Shown: positions 45,562 through 54,679, numbered from the stretch's first letter. The stretch is DNA of 64,000 nt from a virus (IMGVR_UViG_3300035703_004076:4181-68180); one strand, 5' to 3'. A program made the numbers and translations. The notes: a model not told the origin generated them from the sequence alone.

Positions 45562-47358
45562 TTATTTTATTTGTTTTGTTAGCAATCCACACAGCTCGCT
45601 TATTTGTTGTGTGGTTGGGGTTCCTCTAAAGTCTGTGTTTATTGACACACCCGATATGACGGTCTTTTCGCTCGTCTTTGCTAACGCCTGTATTTGTGAA
45701 AAATACTTCGACAACTCAGGCAACACAATGTTGAGCGATTTGCTTCCATTCTGTAATGATGTCGTAGCGTAGTTAGAACATCCATACAGTCTGTTGCCTG
45801 GTGTTCTCAGCACGAACTGAACTCGTGATGATGTAATGTTCGATGAGAAGCCAGAGACGGCAAGAGTTGTTGTCTGTTGTGGCGATGCTACGCTAGGACT
45901 AAACACCACCTTGGGGTTTGGCGTAGGCGTCATCGTAGCTGTTGGTGTTGATGTGCTCGTACTTGTCGGCGTCATCGTAGCTGTTGGTGTTGGGGTTGCA
46001 GTCGCCGTAGGTTGTGGAGTGAATGTCACACCAGGTTCAGGTGTATTTGTAGGTGTTGATGGCACTGCTGTAGGTGTAGGACTTACACAAACATCCCTTG
46101 CTGCATACACAGACCCTACTGCATTTGCCAGAGACGCTGTTGATACTTTATTCTGAAGTGTGGGTAATTTTAGACCGTTGTTAAGTATAGCGCCACGCAA
46201 GTCTGACAACGAAAGATCGCACACTGATTCTGTGAGCACTGCAAGCCCCGTTACATGAGGTGCTGCCATTGACGTGCCGCTCTTGTAACCATATTTGTGG
46301 TTTAGTATTGCACTCAAAATGCCAGATCCTGGTGCTGCAATATGTACAGTCGAGCCGTAGTTTGAGAATGATGATAGTGAGCCGGTCGATGTTGATGATG
46401 CTACCGATATGACGTTACTGGCTTGATAGTTTGCTGGATATGATGGGTACACATCATTATTACGAGCACTGTTGCCTGCTGATGCAACAAACAAAATACC
46501 TTCGCTCTCTGCGAGCTTGATTGCATCGAGAAATGGTTTTGAGAACGCACTAGATCCATACGAATTGTTCATCACGACAACTTTATGGCCAGCACGTTTG
46601 AGTGCAACGCCATAGTTGATTGCACGAATAGCATTAGCTGAACTTCCGGTACCAGATGATGATAAGAACTTCATGCTAACCAATTTTACTTTGTGTGTTA
46701 CGCCTGCAATACCGATGGTGTTGTTTGCTGCTGCCCCAATAATTCCCGCAACATGAGTGCCATGTCCATTGTCGTCTACGCCAGAGCCAATCCGTGTAAT
46801 AGCATTAATGCCATGAACATCGTCGATGTAGCCGTTGTAATCATCATCAATCCCATTGTTTGGCACTTCTCTCGTATTTACCCAGATGTTTTGTGCTAAG
46901 TCTGGATGATGAACTTCAATTCCCGTATCAATAACGAGAGCTAACAAATCCTCTTTACCTGTTGTAACATCCCACGCACTAGGAGCTGCCATTAATTGAG
47001 GACCATACTGATAGCTGTAGTATACATCATTCGGCGTTTCGGTAATTGCAAACACATCGTTAGCTACACAGAGTATTCTGCCTTTTGATGCTTTTTGTAT
47101 TCTGCGTATGCTTGCTTTTCTGCACAGAGACGACGAGCGACTGTATATCCGAGGAACGACACTAGACTCTCGCTTGTCTTTTATAAACACTGACTTGTCA
47201 GACAAACTTTCGTATGTCAAATTGCCAAACTTGTGAGATGCAACGTTCACGCCACGAGTTGATGTTAGAATAACACCAGAATAGACACTCTTCTGCTCTG
47301 CGCTTGCTGTTGATATGACAAGAAGGCTTGCTGCAATAATCTTCACGAACTTTTTCAT
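45562..47358 (-). CDS. Secreted subtilisin-like serine protease (S8) with Pro/Thr linker and C-terminal domain
   Basis: Signal peptide MKKFVKIIAASLLVISTASA; catalytic VIDTG, NGHGTHVAG, GTSMAAPHV; oxyanion ASAGN; PTATATPTPT linker. Confidence 0.92.
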   Translation of the reverse strand: MKKFVKIIAASLLVISTASAEQKSVYSGVILTSTRGVNVASHKFGNLTYESLSDKSVFIKDKRESSVVPRIYSRSSSLCRKASIRRIQKASKGRILCVANDVFAITETPNDVYYSYQYGPQLMAAPSAWDVTTGKEDLLALVIDTGIEVHHPDLAQNIWVNTREVPNNGIDDDYNGYIDDVHGINAITRIGSGVDDNGHGTHVAGIIGAAANNTIGIAGVTHKVKLVSMKFLSSSGTGSSANAIRAINYGVALKRAGHKVVVMNNSYGSSAFSKPFLDAIKLAESEGILFVASAGNSARNNDVYPSYPANYQASNVISVASSTSTGSLSSFSNYGSTVHIAAPGSGILSAILNHKYGYKSGTSMAAPHVTGLAVLTESVCDLSLSDLRGAILNNGLKLPTLQNKVSTASLANAVGSVYAARDVCVSPTPTAVPSTPTNTPEPGVTFTPQPTATATPTPTATMTPTSTSTSTPTATMTPTPNPKVVFSPSVASPQQTTTLAVSGFSSNITSSRVQFVLRTPGNRLYGCSNYATTSLQNGSKSLNIVLPELSKYFSQIQALAKTSEKTVISGVSINTDFRGTPTTQQISELCGLLTKQIK

Positions 47359-47458
47359 AACCATAATCTCCATTGTAGTAATCGCACCTACATTGGAGTA
47401 TAGCACGAAACGTGGTTCCGCAAAGAAAAAACCATATACGAGTTTTTCGTATTTTTGA

Positions 47459-47677
47459 TTATGCGTCTATATCGTCTATAACCATTTTGGACAGCTCATC
47501 CACTTTTGCTGATATTGCACGAGATATTGTGCTTTCTGCACTTTTACGCACGCCAGTACCAGTTCCATAGTTGAGTGTGGAGCGTACTGCGACTAATCCT
47601 CGAATCTCTTCTACGAGCTTTTGCATCTCTTCTGTGGCTTGATTGTTCTTTGCTTCGCCGTTCTTGGATTTTGCCAT
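47459..47677 (-). CDS. Hypothetical protein
   Basis: ORF track. Confidence 0.65.
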   Translation of the reverse strand: MAKSKNGEAKNNQATEEMQKLVEEIRGLVAVRSTLNYGTGTGVRKSAESTISRAISAKVDELSKMVIDDIDA

Positions 47678-47688
47678 ATTGCTCTCTA

Positions 47689-47973
47689 TTAGCTTCTAGT
47701 CAACTTCAACACTTTTTCAATCTGCTTCTCGATCATTGGCTTTCTGTTGGGCCAGTAAATGTACTCTTTGTCTGCTGTCTTGAGTAGCTTCACCAAGAAT
47801 GGCACAATCAGCTTCTCAACTTCTGCAAGTTTCTCTTTGTAGTTCTCAACTGTCTGCTCAGAGTCACTAACAATTTTGTTATACTCTTCTTCACTAACTG
47901 CTGAAAAACCGAAGTCATCTTCTTCTACAAGATATTCACTAAGGATTGATTTGATGTCTATTGTGTCTGCCAT
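47689..47973 (-). CDS. Conserved T4-like hypothetical protein (DDFGFSA...YIYWPNR)
   Basis: Motif recognised from T4-like phages. Confidence 0.75.
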   Translation of the reverse strand: MADTIDIKSILSEYLVEEDDFGFSAVSEEEYNKIVSDSEQTVENYKEKLAEVEKLIVPFLVKLLKTADKEYIYWPNRKPMIEKQIEKVLKLTRS

Positions 47974-47974
47974 A

Positions 47975-48151
47975 TTACATCTCTATGGTAAATAATACGA
48001 TGCCGTGTTGCGAAATGATAGGAACTTCTTTAGGCTTTTTCTCAGAAAATCCAACGATTATAAGTCCGCCATCTAACGGAGCCTCAGGCAACGAACCCAA
48101 TCCAAACGTGATGAACATAAACGTCGATACGATAGCCTTTTTTATGTCCAT
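47975..48151 (-). CDS. 58-aa hypothetical protein, hydrophobic N-terminus (not in the ORF track)
   Basis: MDIKKAIVSTFMFITFGLGSLP...FTIEM fills the gap exactly. Confidence 0.55.
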   Translation of the reverse strand: MDIKKAIVSTFMFITFGLGSLPEAPLDGGLIIVGFSEKKPKEVPIISQHGIVLFTIEM

Positions 48152-48684
48152 AAGAATCCTCGAACTTCAACAACCTTCTTCAACATCTTTGTGTCTTGCT
48201 TTTCAATATCAGATTCTAGTTTATCGATTGTGTCGATGGCATACTTAGTGCGTGACTCGTCACTTTCTAGTTCTAGTTTTTTGTATAATTCTTCAACAGA
48301 CTTTATTTTTTGTGGTCTAATGTCTTTCCAATACAAGTACACATCTTTGACAATCTTGGGTGCATCGGTCGCATCTTTCAACTTATCTGTGTAAAAACTC
48401 GCAAGCATATCAAGGTGCTTTAATCCAAGCTCTCGATTTCGTATCAACTCATCTTTATGAAGAAACCATGGCAACTTAAAATACAGCCACTGTCGCCATG
48501 TATACGGTGCATCAAGCTCCATCCATGAACACTCAATCTCGACAAAATCAACAACAAGCTGCATGGCTGCGTGAAGAAAAAGTGTGTCTTTGTCGTAGTA
48601 GCCGGGGACAAGCGAACGAATTTTTATAGTGTTGTACTTCTTAGTAGTACGAAACGCTATAAAGTCCACGAAATGTCGAAGCAT
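48142..48684 (-). CDS. Conserved phage hypothetical protein
   Basis: YYDKD...LHA.MQL.VDFVE.E...LYW...R...D..ML......R..LWT. Confidence 0.75.
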   Translation of the reverse strand: MLRHFVDFIAFRTTKKYNTIKIRSLVPGYYDKDTLFLHAAMQLVVDFVEIECSWMELDAPYTWRQWLYFKLPWFLHKDELIRNRELGLKHLDMLASFYTDKLKDATDAPKIVKDVYLYWKDIRPQKIKSVEELYKKLELESDESRTKYAIDTIDKLESDIEKQDTKMLKKVVEVRGFLWT

Positions 48685-48685
48685 A

Positions 48686-49090
48686 CTAAACCCCTTTCTT
48701 CATGAGTGTTGTAAGCTCATTGAGAAACCACCAGTGCCAAGTATCAAGATCGTGCTCGTCATAGTTGTGGCGAATGCCATCATCTACAAACATTTGAATA
48801 TGTCGTTCAGGAAATTGTTTCCACGGCTTAATAGTCCAATTCACACCATCTTTTGATGTGATTCCCAGAGATATTTGCGGTTGCTGAAATCTCTGTAGAA
48901 ACTCATACACTCGTCGTGCCGCTTGCTTTGCTGTATCATGCGGATACTCATCTCGATTGAATACAATCGTAGACGACTTAAATTGCATGAGCATCTTACC
49001 GTCGTTGAATGATAGCACAGGCTCTTCTTCTCGCATCTTATCGTACTCATCTCTAAAGATGAGCTTTTCGCCCGCTTGATTACTCCACAT
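48686..49090 (-). CDS. Hypothetical protein
   Basis: ORF track, packing. Confidence 0.65.
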   Translation of the reverse strand: MWSNQAGEKLIFRDEYDKMREEEPVLSFNDGKMLMQFKSSTIVFNRDEYPHDTAKQAARRVYEFLQRFQQPQISLGITSKDGVNWTIKPWKQFPERHIQMFVDDGIRHNYDEHDLDTWHWWFLNELTTLMKKGV

Positions 49091-49253
49091 ACTTACACCG
49101 CTTAGTCCTACGACTCCTCATTCCACGCTTGGGTAGTTTCACTCTCTCTTCCACAATCAACTATCGTATGCTGAGAGCGCCTATGACAATTACGATCATC
49201 GTCAATACAAACGAGACAAACATATCTGTCAAAACCATCATTGTACTAATCTC

Positions 49254-49613
49254 CTAGATGTCTTGCTCGCCAAGTGAGCTTGACATAACGTGCACACAGT
49301 GTGTGTGTTTGCCGTTACTCTTTTGCCAACAATTCATACAAATTGTGGATGGCACAGAAGAGGGTGTGTTTGTGTTTGAGTAAGTCCCTATCGTACTCGT
49401 CACATACATCGGCGTTTGAGAAACAAGTGAGCCGTACTGCGCTGAATACTGGTTCAAGTTTTCAATCGCAAGCTGCTTATCTGCAAGATATTTCACAAAC
49501 ATGAGAATTGAGTGTGTGAGATGCGTGTCAACATCTTTACTCTTTGAATTCTCAATGTCTACGAGCTTTCTATCAAGCAGATGTAGCAGGCTCTGTAATT
49601 CTACAATCGTCAT
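49254..49613 (-). CDS. Hypothetical protein with C-terminal CxxC..HxHC
   Basis: ORF track. Confidence 0.6.
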   Translation of the reverse strand: MTIVELQSLLHLLDRKLVDIENSKSKDVDTHLTHSILMFVKYLADKQLAIENLNQYSAQYGSLVSQTPMYVTSTIGTYSNTNTPSSVPSTICMNCWQKSNGKHTHCVHVMSSSLGEQDI

Positions 49614-49628
49614 AGCGATACGTTTGTG

Positions 49629-49880
49629 TTACTTTCGTGCTTTTGTCGCTTTGCGAAACGGCACAACCTTTGCACTCTTCTTCGCTGCTTTCTTTGTCGT
49701 CTTTGCAGTATGTTTTGTGCATGATGTCGTAGCGTTACGTCGAGTTACAGCACTTACTGCCTTTGCTGCTGCGTGTGCTACTGCTCGTACTGTAGTGGTT
49801 ACTGCGCCAGTTACTGCGTGTACTGTAGCTGCGACGGCTCGTGTTACTGCGTTTGTTGCCATATTACTTATCTTCTCCAA
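49629..49880 (-). CDS. Ala/Thr/Lys-rich basic, histone-like-tail protein
   Basis: TAKTTKKAAKKSAKVVPFRKATKARK; true start probably MATN. Confidence 0.6.
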   Translation of the reverse strand: MEKISNMATNAVTRAVAATVHAVTGAVTTTVRAVAHAAAKAVSAVTRRNATTSCTKHTAKTTKKAAKKSAKVVPFRKATKARK

Positions 49881-50094
49881 ATGTTTTAGCTGCGTTGAGA
49901 ATGCCTTCAGTAACGAGTGCTACGTCATTCAAAAAATGGTGGCACACTACAGGACCGTCGGCAGAACCTCGAACGACGGCTGCGGCTCGTGTCTGTAACT
50001 GTATCAGGGCTACTTGCTTAAACAGCTCTGTACGTTCAGTACGCTCTCTTACGTCTCGTGGTTTCTTTTTCTCTTTTGACATATCACTAAGCAT
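49864..50094 (-). CDS. Hypothetical protein
   Basis: ORF track. Confidence 0.55.
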   Translation of the reverse strand: MLSDMSKEKKKPRDVRERTERTELFKQVALIQLQTRAAAVVRGSADGPVVCHHFLNDVALVTEGILNAAKTFGEDK

Positions 50095-50325
50095 ACTCGA
50101 TTGTGTGTTAATGAGTCAATTCAAAAAGGCTCAGAACAGAAAAAAGTTCTGTGAGAAAATTTTGGTTATGGTTTTCAATAAGGACTTTGGAGCTAAAAAG
50201 GAGGATCGTCTTTGGAAGTTACTTCTATTAAACTTTGTTCGGTCCTCCTCCACACTTAAAACGCATTTTACGACACAAGTGCCCTTTTCTCGGCTACTAA
50301 ACTTTTCTCGTCGATTTGGTTTTCC

Positions 50326-50646
50326 TTACTTGCGGAGGTTCTGAACGGCGTTCTGTAATGCCTTCATCGCTGCGTCGAACGTGCTGAACTCACCTACTGT
50401 ACGGCTTACTGGGCGCCGAATTTTCAAACGGCTGTCTCTGTAGCTACAGTTGAGGTAGGCGATGTAACGGTCTCGTGAATTGGGAATTATGTCTGGCATT
50501 CCTTCATGGAAGTCAATGTGACCTACCATCTCACTGCCTGCGAATACTAGCTTTCTATTGCCGGCTGAATTGAGTGTGTGGAATGGTTGCTCTGCGTGGT
50601 CTTTACGGGCGATACCTTCTTGTAGGTAGGTCTTGAAGGACTTCAT
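50326..50646 (-). CDS. Putative internal head protein (capsid-targeting N-terminus MKSFKTYLQE)
   Basis: Resembles the T4 internal-protein CTS MKTYQEFIAE; in an operon behind a late promoter. Confidence 0.65.
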   Translation of the reverse strand: MKSFKTYLQEGIARKDHAEQPFHTLNSAGNRKLVFAGSEMVGHIDFHEGMPDIIPNSRDRYIAYLNCSYRDSRLKIRRPVSRTVGEFSTFDAAMKALQNAVQNLRK

Positions 50647-51272
50647 GCACTGAGTAGGTCTTTGATGATGGTGTTTATCAGTATCTCGGCATCACTGTGC
50701 TGGCTGGTTTTCACGGCGTCGGTAAGCTCGTCTACGTTGTCTAGTATGCGGCGCTTCTTGATGGAAGAAATGTCTGATAGGTAGTCTATGTCACTCCATA
50801 TCTGGTCGATTTCGTCGAGTATTTTGGCTTTGTTTGGGGAAAGGTTACCAAGCTCGGCCAGTCTGTATGCGAGGTCTTGGCGCTTCTGATGGCTTTCTGT
50901 GATATTGACACTCTCTTCTACGCCACTGAGATTGTGGAGAATGTCGAGGATATCTTCTATCTGGTACTTGATGTCCAGTAGGTCGTCGTGGCCATCATTC
51001 TCGGCAAAATCGAGGTCTGTCAATACACTGTGTAATAGGAATTCGAGTGAAACCTTACTTGGTGGTACGGGCCGTTTGTATGACGGATCGGTCTTGAGTA
51101 AGTTCTGTGCTGCTACAAGGCTCTGTGCTGCGAAGTGTGGGTTCGAGTCAGTGATTTTGTCGTGTGCTTTTCGGACGAGGGCAAGGGCCTTTGGTGCGAC
51201 GGACGATTGCTCATTAAGCTGTCGTTTCGGACTCTTGTTGGCGATATACTGTCTAAACTGCTTGATGTCCAT
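50643..51272 (-). CDS. Putative internal head protein
   Basis: MDIKQFRQYI...QLNE; internal ITE; CTAAATA 8 nt upstream. Confidence 0.6.
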   Translation of the reverse strand: MDIKQFRQYIANKSPKRQLNEQSSVAPKALALVRKAHDKITDSNPHFAAQSLVAAQNLLKTDPSYKRPVPPSKVSLEFLLHSVLTDLDFAENDGHDDLLDIKYQIEDILDILHNLSGVEESVNITESHQKRQDLAYRLAELGNLSPNKAKILDEIDQIWSDIDYLSDISSIKKRRILDNVDELTDAVKTSQHSDAEILINTIIKDLLSA

Positions 51273-51279
51273 AATGTTC

Positions 51280-51561
51280 CTATTTAGTGGTAAACTCTAC
51301 TCGTACCAGGTGGTAGTTGATTGTTGGATACTTGACGGTGCCATGTGCTGACTTGATGCTTGTGATTCTGACGGCTTCTGGAATCTTTAGTCTGAGGGCT
51401 CTCAAGCAAGCTCGTCTGGCGTAGCGGTTATAGGCAGCTTCTGGTACAAGTAGCGTGGCGTCGCCTTTTGGATCTCCCTTCTTGTACACTATCTGACACA
51501 CTTTGCCTGGATCTGTGGTTTCGGCAAAAAGAGTGCTTTTGATGGCGTCGAGGATGGCCAT
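51280..51561 (-). CDS. Hypothetical late protein
   Basis: In the late operon; N-terminal LFAE. Confidence 0.6.
   Translation of the reverse strand: MAILDAIKSTLFAETTDPGKVCQIVYKKGDPKGDATLLVPEAAYNRYARRACLRALRLKIPEAVRITSIKSAHGTVKYPTINYHLVRVEFTTK
51281..51287 (-). promoter_or_regulatory. Late promoter CTAAATA
   Basis: Same motif as before gp5 and gp8. Confidence 0.6.
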
Positions 51562-51565
51562 GGGA

Positions 51566-51892
51566 CTACTGTATGTAGAAGTTCAGCTCGTAGCGGCCAT
51601 TGTCCATTCGGTAAATCTGAATGTGCAGTAGCTTGCGTTGTGGCTTTCCACCTTTGGTAAGTTCCAGATGGTAGTCTTTGGTCTCACCAGCGTATGGCTT
51701 ATCACCAGTAGTAATCTTGTTGAACTCCTCGTCTTCTGATACTTCGTAGCCCTGCTTTCTTGTGGCGGCGAGAGCCGTCTGTATAGCTGAGTGAAGCGTA
51801 TCGTGGAGAACGGTATAGCTCGCTTCTGCTATAGGTCGTTTGGTTGCTTTGAGCAAGTGGCGCCGAAATTGATTCATGTCCATAGTAAACAC
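51566..51892 (-). CDS. Putative internal head protein (HIQIYRM..G.YELNFY domain)
   Basis: MDMNQFRRHL...PIAE; late promoter upstream. Confidence 0.6.
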   Translation of the reverse strand: MFTMDMNQFRRHLLKATKRPIAEASYTVLHDTLHSAIQTALAATRKQGYEVSEDEEFNKITTGDKPYAGETKDYHLELTKGGKPQRKLLHIQIYRMDNGRYELNFYIQ

Positions 51893-51907
51893 TCCCTTGG
51901 GTATTGG

Positions 51908-51915
51908 TATTTATG
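51908..51915 (-). promoter_or_regulatory. Late promoter CATAAATA
   Basis: Intergenic, same motif as in the structural region. Confidence 0.65.
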
Positions 51916-51926
51916 AAACTGCTAGG

Positions 51927-52118
51927 CTACTCTCGCGGCTCTTCTCGTGACTTGATAAGGCCCTGCTTTATCAACTCGGCACAGGTTCTTCCAAAAAAGC
52001 CCTGTAGCTGCCATGCGAGTCCTGTATCCACGAGCGTCTGCGCTGCTTCTAGGTACTCTTCGATGGTTTCTGCGTCTTGGTTGCCCTCGATGATCATCAC
52101 TGCTGTATATGCATCCAT
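51927..52118 (-). CDS. Conserved small phage protein (Q.LVDTG.AW.LQG.FGR.A..LI)
   Basis: Recognisable widespread motif; SD GGAG. Confidence 0.75.
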   Translation of the reverse strand: MDAYTAVMIIEGNQDAETIEEYLEAAQTLVDTGLAWQLQGFFGRTCAELIKQGLIKSREEPRE

Positions 52119-52119
52119 A

Positions 52120-52356
52120 TTAACTCCTTTGGATCTTTTCTAGGATGTTTTGTATTGCAACTTCTACACTTGGTCGCTGCACAACTTCACTAAAGGACTT
52201 GTTTGTCTGTATTAACCGGAGCTCTTCCTTAATTAAGCTCACGATCCTTGCTTCTGCATCCTCATAACCAGCGAGATAGTCGCCACAGGTTCGCCTGCTT
52301 ACAAAACCGTCTGTATTGATACAATATTCCTCTGCTAATTCTAATGCGTTTTTCAT
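52120..52356 (-). CDS. Hypothetical protein (LAEEY...YLAGY)
   Basis: Start at MKNA with SD. Confidence 0.65.
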   Translation of the reverse strand: MKNALELAEEYCINTDGFVSRRTCGDYLAGYEDAEARIVSLIKEELRLIQTNKSFSEVVQRPSVEVAIQNILEKIQRS

Positions 52357-52358
52357 AC

Positions 52359-52535
52359 CTATTCTCCAATGTCTGCTTGTGTGCGAAGCCACAACTCGGC
52401 CTCTACCTGCTCAGGGGCGCTCTGGTCGAAGATTGAGTATGCCAACTGCCTAGCTGTCGGCACGAATTCTGGATCCACAGGCTTGATGGTCGGCTCTGGC
52501 AGCTTGTCGAATATATCAGGGAACTTGATTTTCAT
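52359..52535 (-). CDS. Hypothetical protein
   Basis: SD AGGAG, packing. Confidence 0.6.
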   Translation of the reverse strand: MKIKFPDIFDKLPEPTIKPVDPEFVPTARQLAYSIFDQSAPEQVEAELWLRTQADIGE

Positions 52536-52543
52536 ACACACTC

Positions 52544-52741
52544 CTATTTGATTAAACTGATGACGTACTCGACCATATAGGCGAGGTACATGGGGTCGTT
52601 TTCTTGCCCAAGGGCTCTGTTGATGCGACCGATGCTAGGCTTGATAATCTCTTCACAGATGCGTCTGGCATCTTTTAGCTCTTGAGCACGGCGAATCTCT
52701 CGCTCTGTCAGAAAGTCGGTAATGGCAATTCGCTTACTCAT
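52544..52741 (-). CDS. Conserved small phage protein (GQEND..YLAY..EY)
   Basis: SD AGGAGG. Confidence 0.7.
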   Translation of the reverse strand: MSKRIAITDFLTEREIRRAQELKDARRICEEIIKPSIGRINRALGQENDPMYLAYMVEYVISLIK

Positions 52742-52750
52742 AGCATCCTC

Positions 52751-52930
52751 CTACTCGTCAACTAAACCAGCATCTTCCAGTCCACGAACGTATGCGACGA
52801 CGACGGCAAGATAGGACTGGTCGGCGTAAAACAGACGGCGTGATTTGCCAAGGACAGGGCGATACCCCTCTCGTCGTGCGTATCGTGTGGCTAATCGTAG
52901 GGCTCTGTATTTTGAAATAAGGCGTCTCAT
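52751..52930 (-). CDS. Hypothetical basic protein
   Basis: Start MRRL with SD AGGAG. Confidence 0.6.
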   Translation of the reverse strand: MRRLISKYRALRLATRYARREGYRPVLGKSRRLFYADQSYLAVVVAYVRGLEDAGLVDE

Positions 52931-52938
52931 GGTTTCTC

Positions 52939-53103
52939 CTATTTGATTGCGTGGCGCAACTCGGTTTCGAGCAAACACACCTTTGTGTAAAAGTATTCAG
53001 CACGGTCGAAGTCGCCGGCTTTGAGGGCTTCGTTACATTTTGCACGAGCCTCCACTAACAGCTCGGTTACTATGTCTGCTACGGTTTTTACTTGGTTTGT
53101 CAT
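52939..53103 (-). CDS. 54-aa hypothetical protein (not in the ORF track)
   Basis: MTNQVKTVADIVTELLVEARAK...RHAIK; SD AAGGAG. Confidence 0.65.
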   Translation of the reverse strand: MTNQVKTVADIVTELLVEARAKCNEALKAGDFDRAEYFYTKVCLLETELRHAIK

Positions 53104-53105
53104 AA

Positions 53106-53303
53106 CTACTCCTTATTATTCTGAAAAGCTAAAGATGATTCCGAAGCTACCGTCTCGCCGACGATGCGGGTTCCGTCCCACAATCGAACCGTGACCCAAG
53201 TGATGTCGTCGCCGTAGTCTTCCAAATACTCGGTTTTGAGGGCTATCACTCGCCCGTCAGGGTTTCCATTGCAAGCAACTTTGTCGCCAATCTTGAATTT
53301 CAT
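53106..53303 (-). CDS. Small SH3/KOW-like beta-barrel protein
   Basis: MKFKIGDKV...G.V.....W.TV. Confidence 0.65.
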   Translation of the reverse strand: MKFKIGDKVACNGNPDGRVIALKTEYLEDYGDDITWVTVRLWDGTRIVGETVASESSLAFQNNKE

Positions 53304-53311
53304 GCAATCTC

Positions 53312-53614
53312 CTACGAATATATGTAAATCGCTACGTCACGTCCTCGAATCATGCTCGTAGAGACAAGCACGGTATCTGGAGGAAGCACGTCGGTCTTGA
53401 GGTTCAGCCCGTCGAACGGCGTACCATTCTGAGGGACGACCTTCACGCCGAAGGTCTTGAGGTTCACGAAGTAGTAATAGTCTCGGCAGCCACTGTCCCA
53501 GTACGAATTGAGTGACATACCAGGTCGGAACTCCATGAACTTAGGGGCGCGGCGCATCTTGCATCCGATGGCTTTTTTGATGGCTCGTACTTGGTTGTCG
53601 CTCAGTGTTATCAT
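53312..53614 (-). CDS. Conserved phage protein (L.SYWD.G.RD.Y)
   Basis: Start MITL with SD GAGG. Confidence 0.7.
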   Translation of the reverse strand: MITLSDNQVRAIKKAIGCKMRRAPKFMEFRPGMSLNSYWDSGCRDYYYFVNLKTFGVKVVPQNGTPFDGLNLKTDVLPPDTVLVSTSMIRGRDVAIYIYS

Positions 53615-53615
53615 A

Positions 53616-53831
53616 CTAATTCCTCTCAAAGATGTTCTGGTTGTCCCATGCGGCTTGAGCCTGGGACTCAAGGATGAGTGCGTCGATGTTGGCGTTAATG
53701 TCATCGATGTCCCAGGAGATAACCGAATACTCGACCTCATCTCGTGAGAAGGCGGTTCGTTCTCGTCTCAGCTCATCCCGGCGGGCCTGGAGTGCTTTAA
53801 TTTCGTTCTGAATGTCTGTTACTGTTCTCAT
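53616..53831 (-). CDS. Small coiled-coil protein
   Basis: SD GAGG. Confidence 0.7.
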   Translation of the reverse strand: MRTVTDIQNEIKALQARRDELRRERTAFSRDEVEYSVISWDIDDINANIDALILESQAQAAWDNQNIFERN

Positions 53832-53839
53832 AAGTCCTC

Positions 53840-54043
53840 TTACCGTGTAGCCCGCTCAAGCTCGTCAGCCCAAACCTTGCCTTCAGGGAACAGCAGGAGA
53901 GTCTGATTCATCACATCGAATTCGAGCGCATCGCCGAAGTCGCCGTAGCAATTACCCTCAGGGTCTGCGGAAACGAGAACGTTCAGGTTGCCTTTTTTTC
54001 GTTTAAGGGCTTCGAGTGCGATAATCAGGTCATTCAGTTTCAT
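53840..54043 (-). CDS. Conserved small phage protein (MK..DLI..L...D.EGN)
   Basis: First gene after the early promoter; SD AGGAG. Confidence 0.72.
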   Translation of the reverse strand: MKLNDLIIALEALKRKKGNLNVLVSADPEGNCYGDFGDALEFDVMNQTLLLFPEGKVWADELERATR

Positions 54044-54130
54044 ACTATCTCCTATTGATACTCAGTGAGAGAAGCCGTTACGGTAGAGGTGACATCGACA
54101 ACTGAGGTCTCAAGCGTCATTCCTCGGCCC

Positions 54131-54171
54131 TCTCTCAATTATAGTATCTCAAAAATCCACACTGGCGTCAA
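54131..54171 (-). promoter_or_regulatory. Early sigma70-like promoter TTGACG-N17-GATACT(ATAAT)
   Basis: 25-bp core TTTTTGAGATACTATAATTGAGAGA identical to the copy at 57869-57893. Confidence 0.75.
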
Positions 54172-54258
54172 ACTGTATTCCACACAGAAACCATAAAAAA
54201 GAGCCAAGCAGATTAACTACTTAGCTCTGGTAGATTCTAGTGATTTCAGCTACTTATG

Positions 54259-54402
54259 TTACCAGTGTGCTGCTCTGCGTCGATTGCCGTTCCACACTTC
54301 GATTGAATGGTACTTGTTTCTCGTAATGTACTCCAAGAGCGTATTAAGCTCATGGCTCACAAAACCTATCACACCCTCAGTGACGTACACGACGAATATC
54401 AT
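54259..54402 (-). CDS. 47-aa hypothetical protein (not in the ORF track)
   Basis: MIFVVYVTEGVIGFVSHELNTLLEYITRNKYHSIEVWNGNRRRAAHW; SD GGAG. Confidence 0.5.
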   Translation of the reverse strand: MIFVVYVTEGVIGFVSHELNTLLEYITRNKYHSIEVWNGNRRRAAHW

Positions 54403-54679
54403 AACGGCTCCATAACGTAACCAGCACTATTGCTGTATTGATGGCTTCACGTTACAACAGGTAGAGTCAAGTTACAACAGCTAATGTTGAGCGTTATATA
54501 AGAAGCCATTAGATGCGCCTGCTGCGGTGAGTGATTCGCACATATTGCCGAAAATGCAAAAAAACCGTGGTTAAGGCTTGAGTAATAACCAAAACCATAC
54601 GAACATAGTTCTATGAGATGAAACAAGCTCAAGAGCAATTCAGCTAGTGAGTGTGTTTCTGAAAATGAATGGAGAATGT

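Noticed and set aside
49080-49241. 26-aa hydrophobic ORF whose TAG read-through would give 53 aa (stop-codon recoding?)
   Set aside because: TAG, TGA and TAA all terminate conserved genes at expected positions and no suppressor tRNA is seen; at most a small peptide or a nonsense allele
49841-50344. 167-aa plus-strand ORF
   Set aside because: Overlaps minus-strand genes, no SD, low-complexity K/F composition from an intergenic tract
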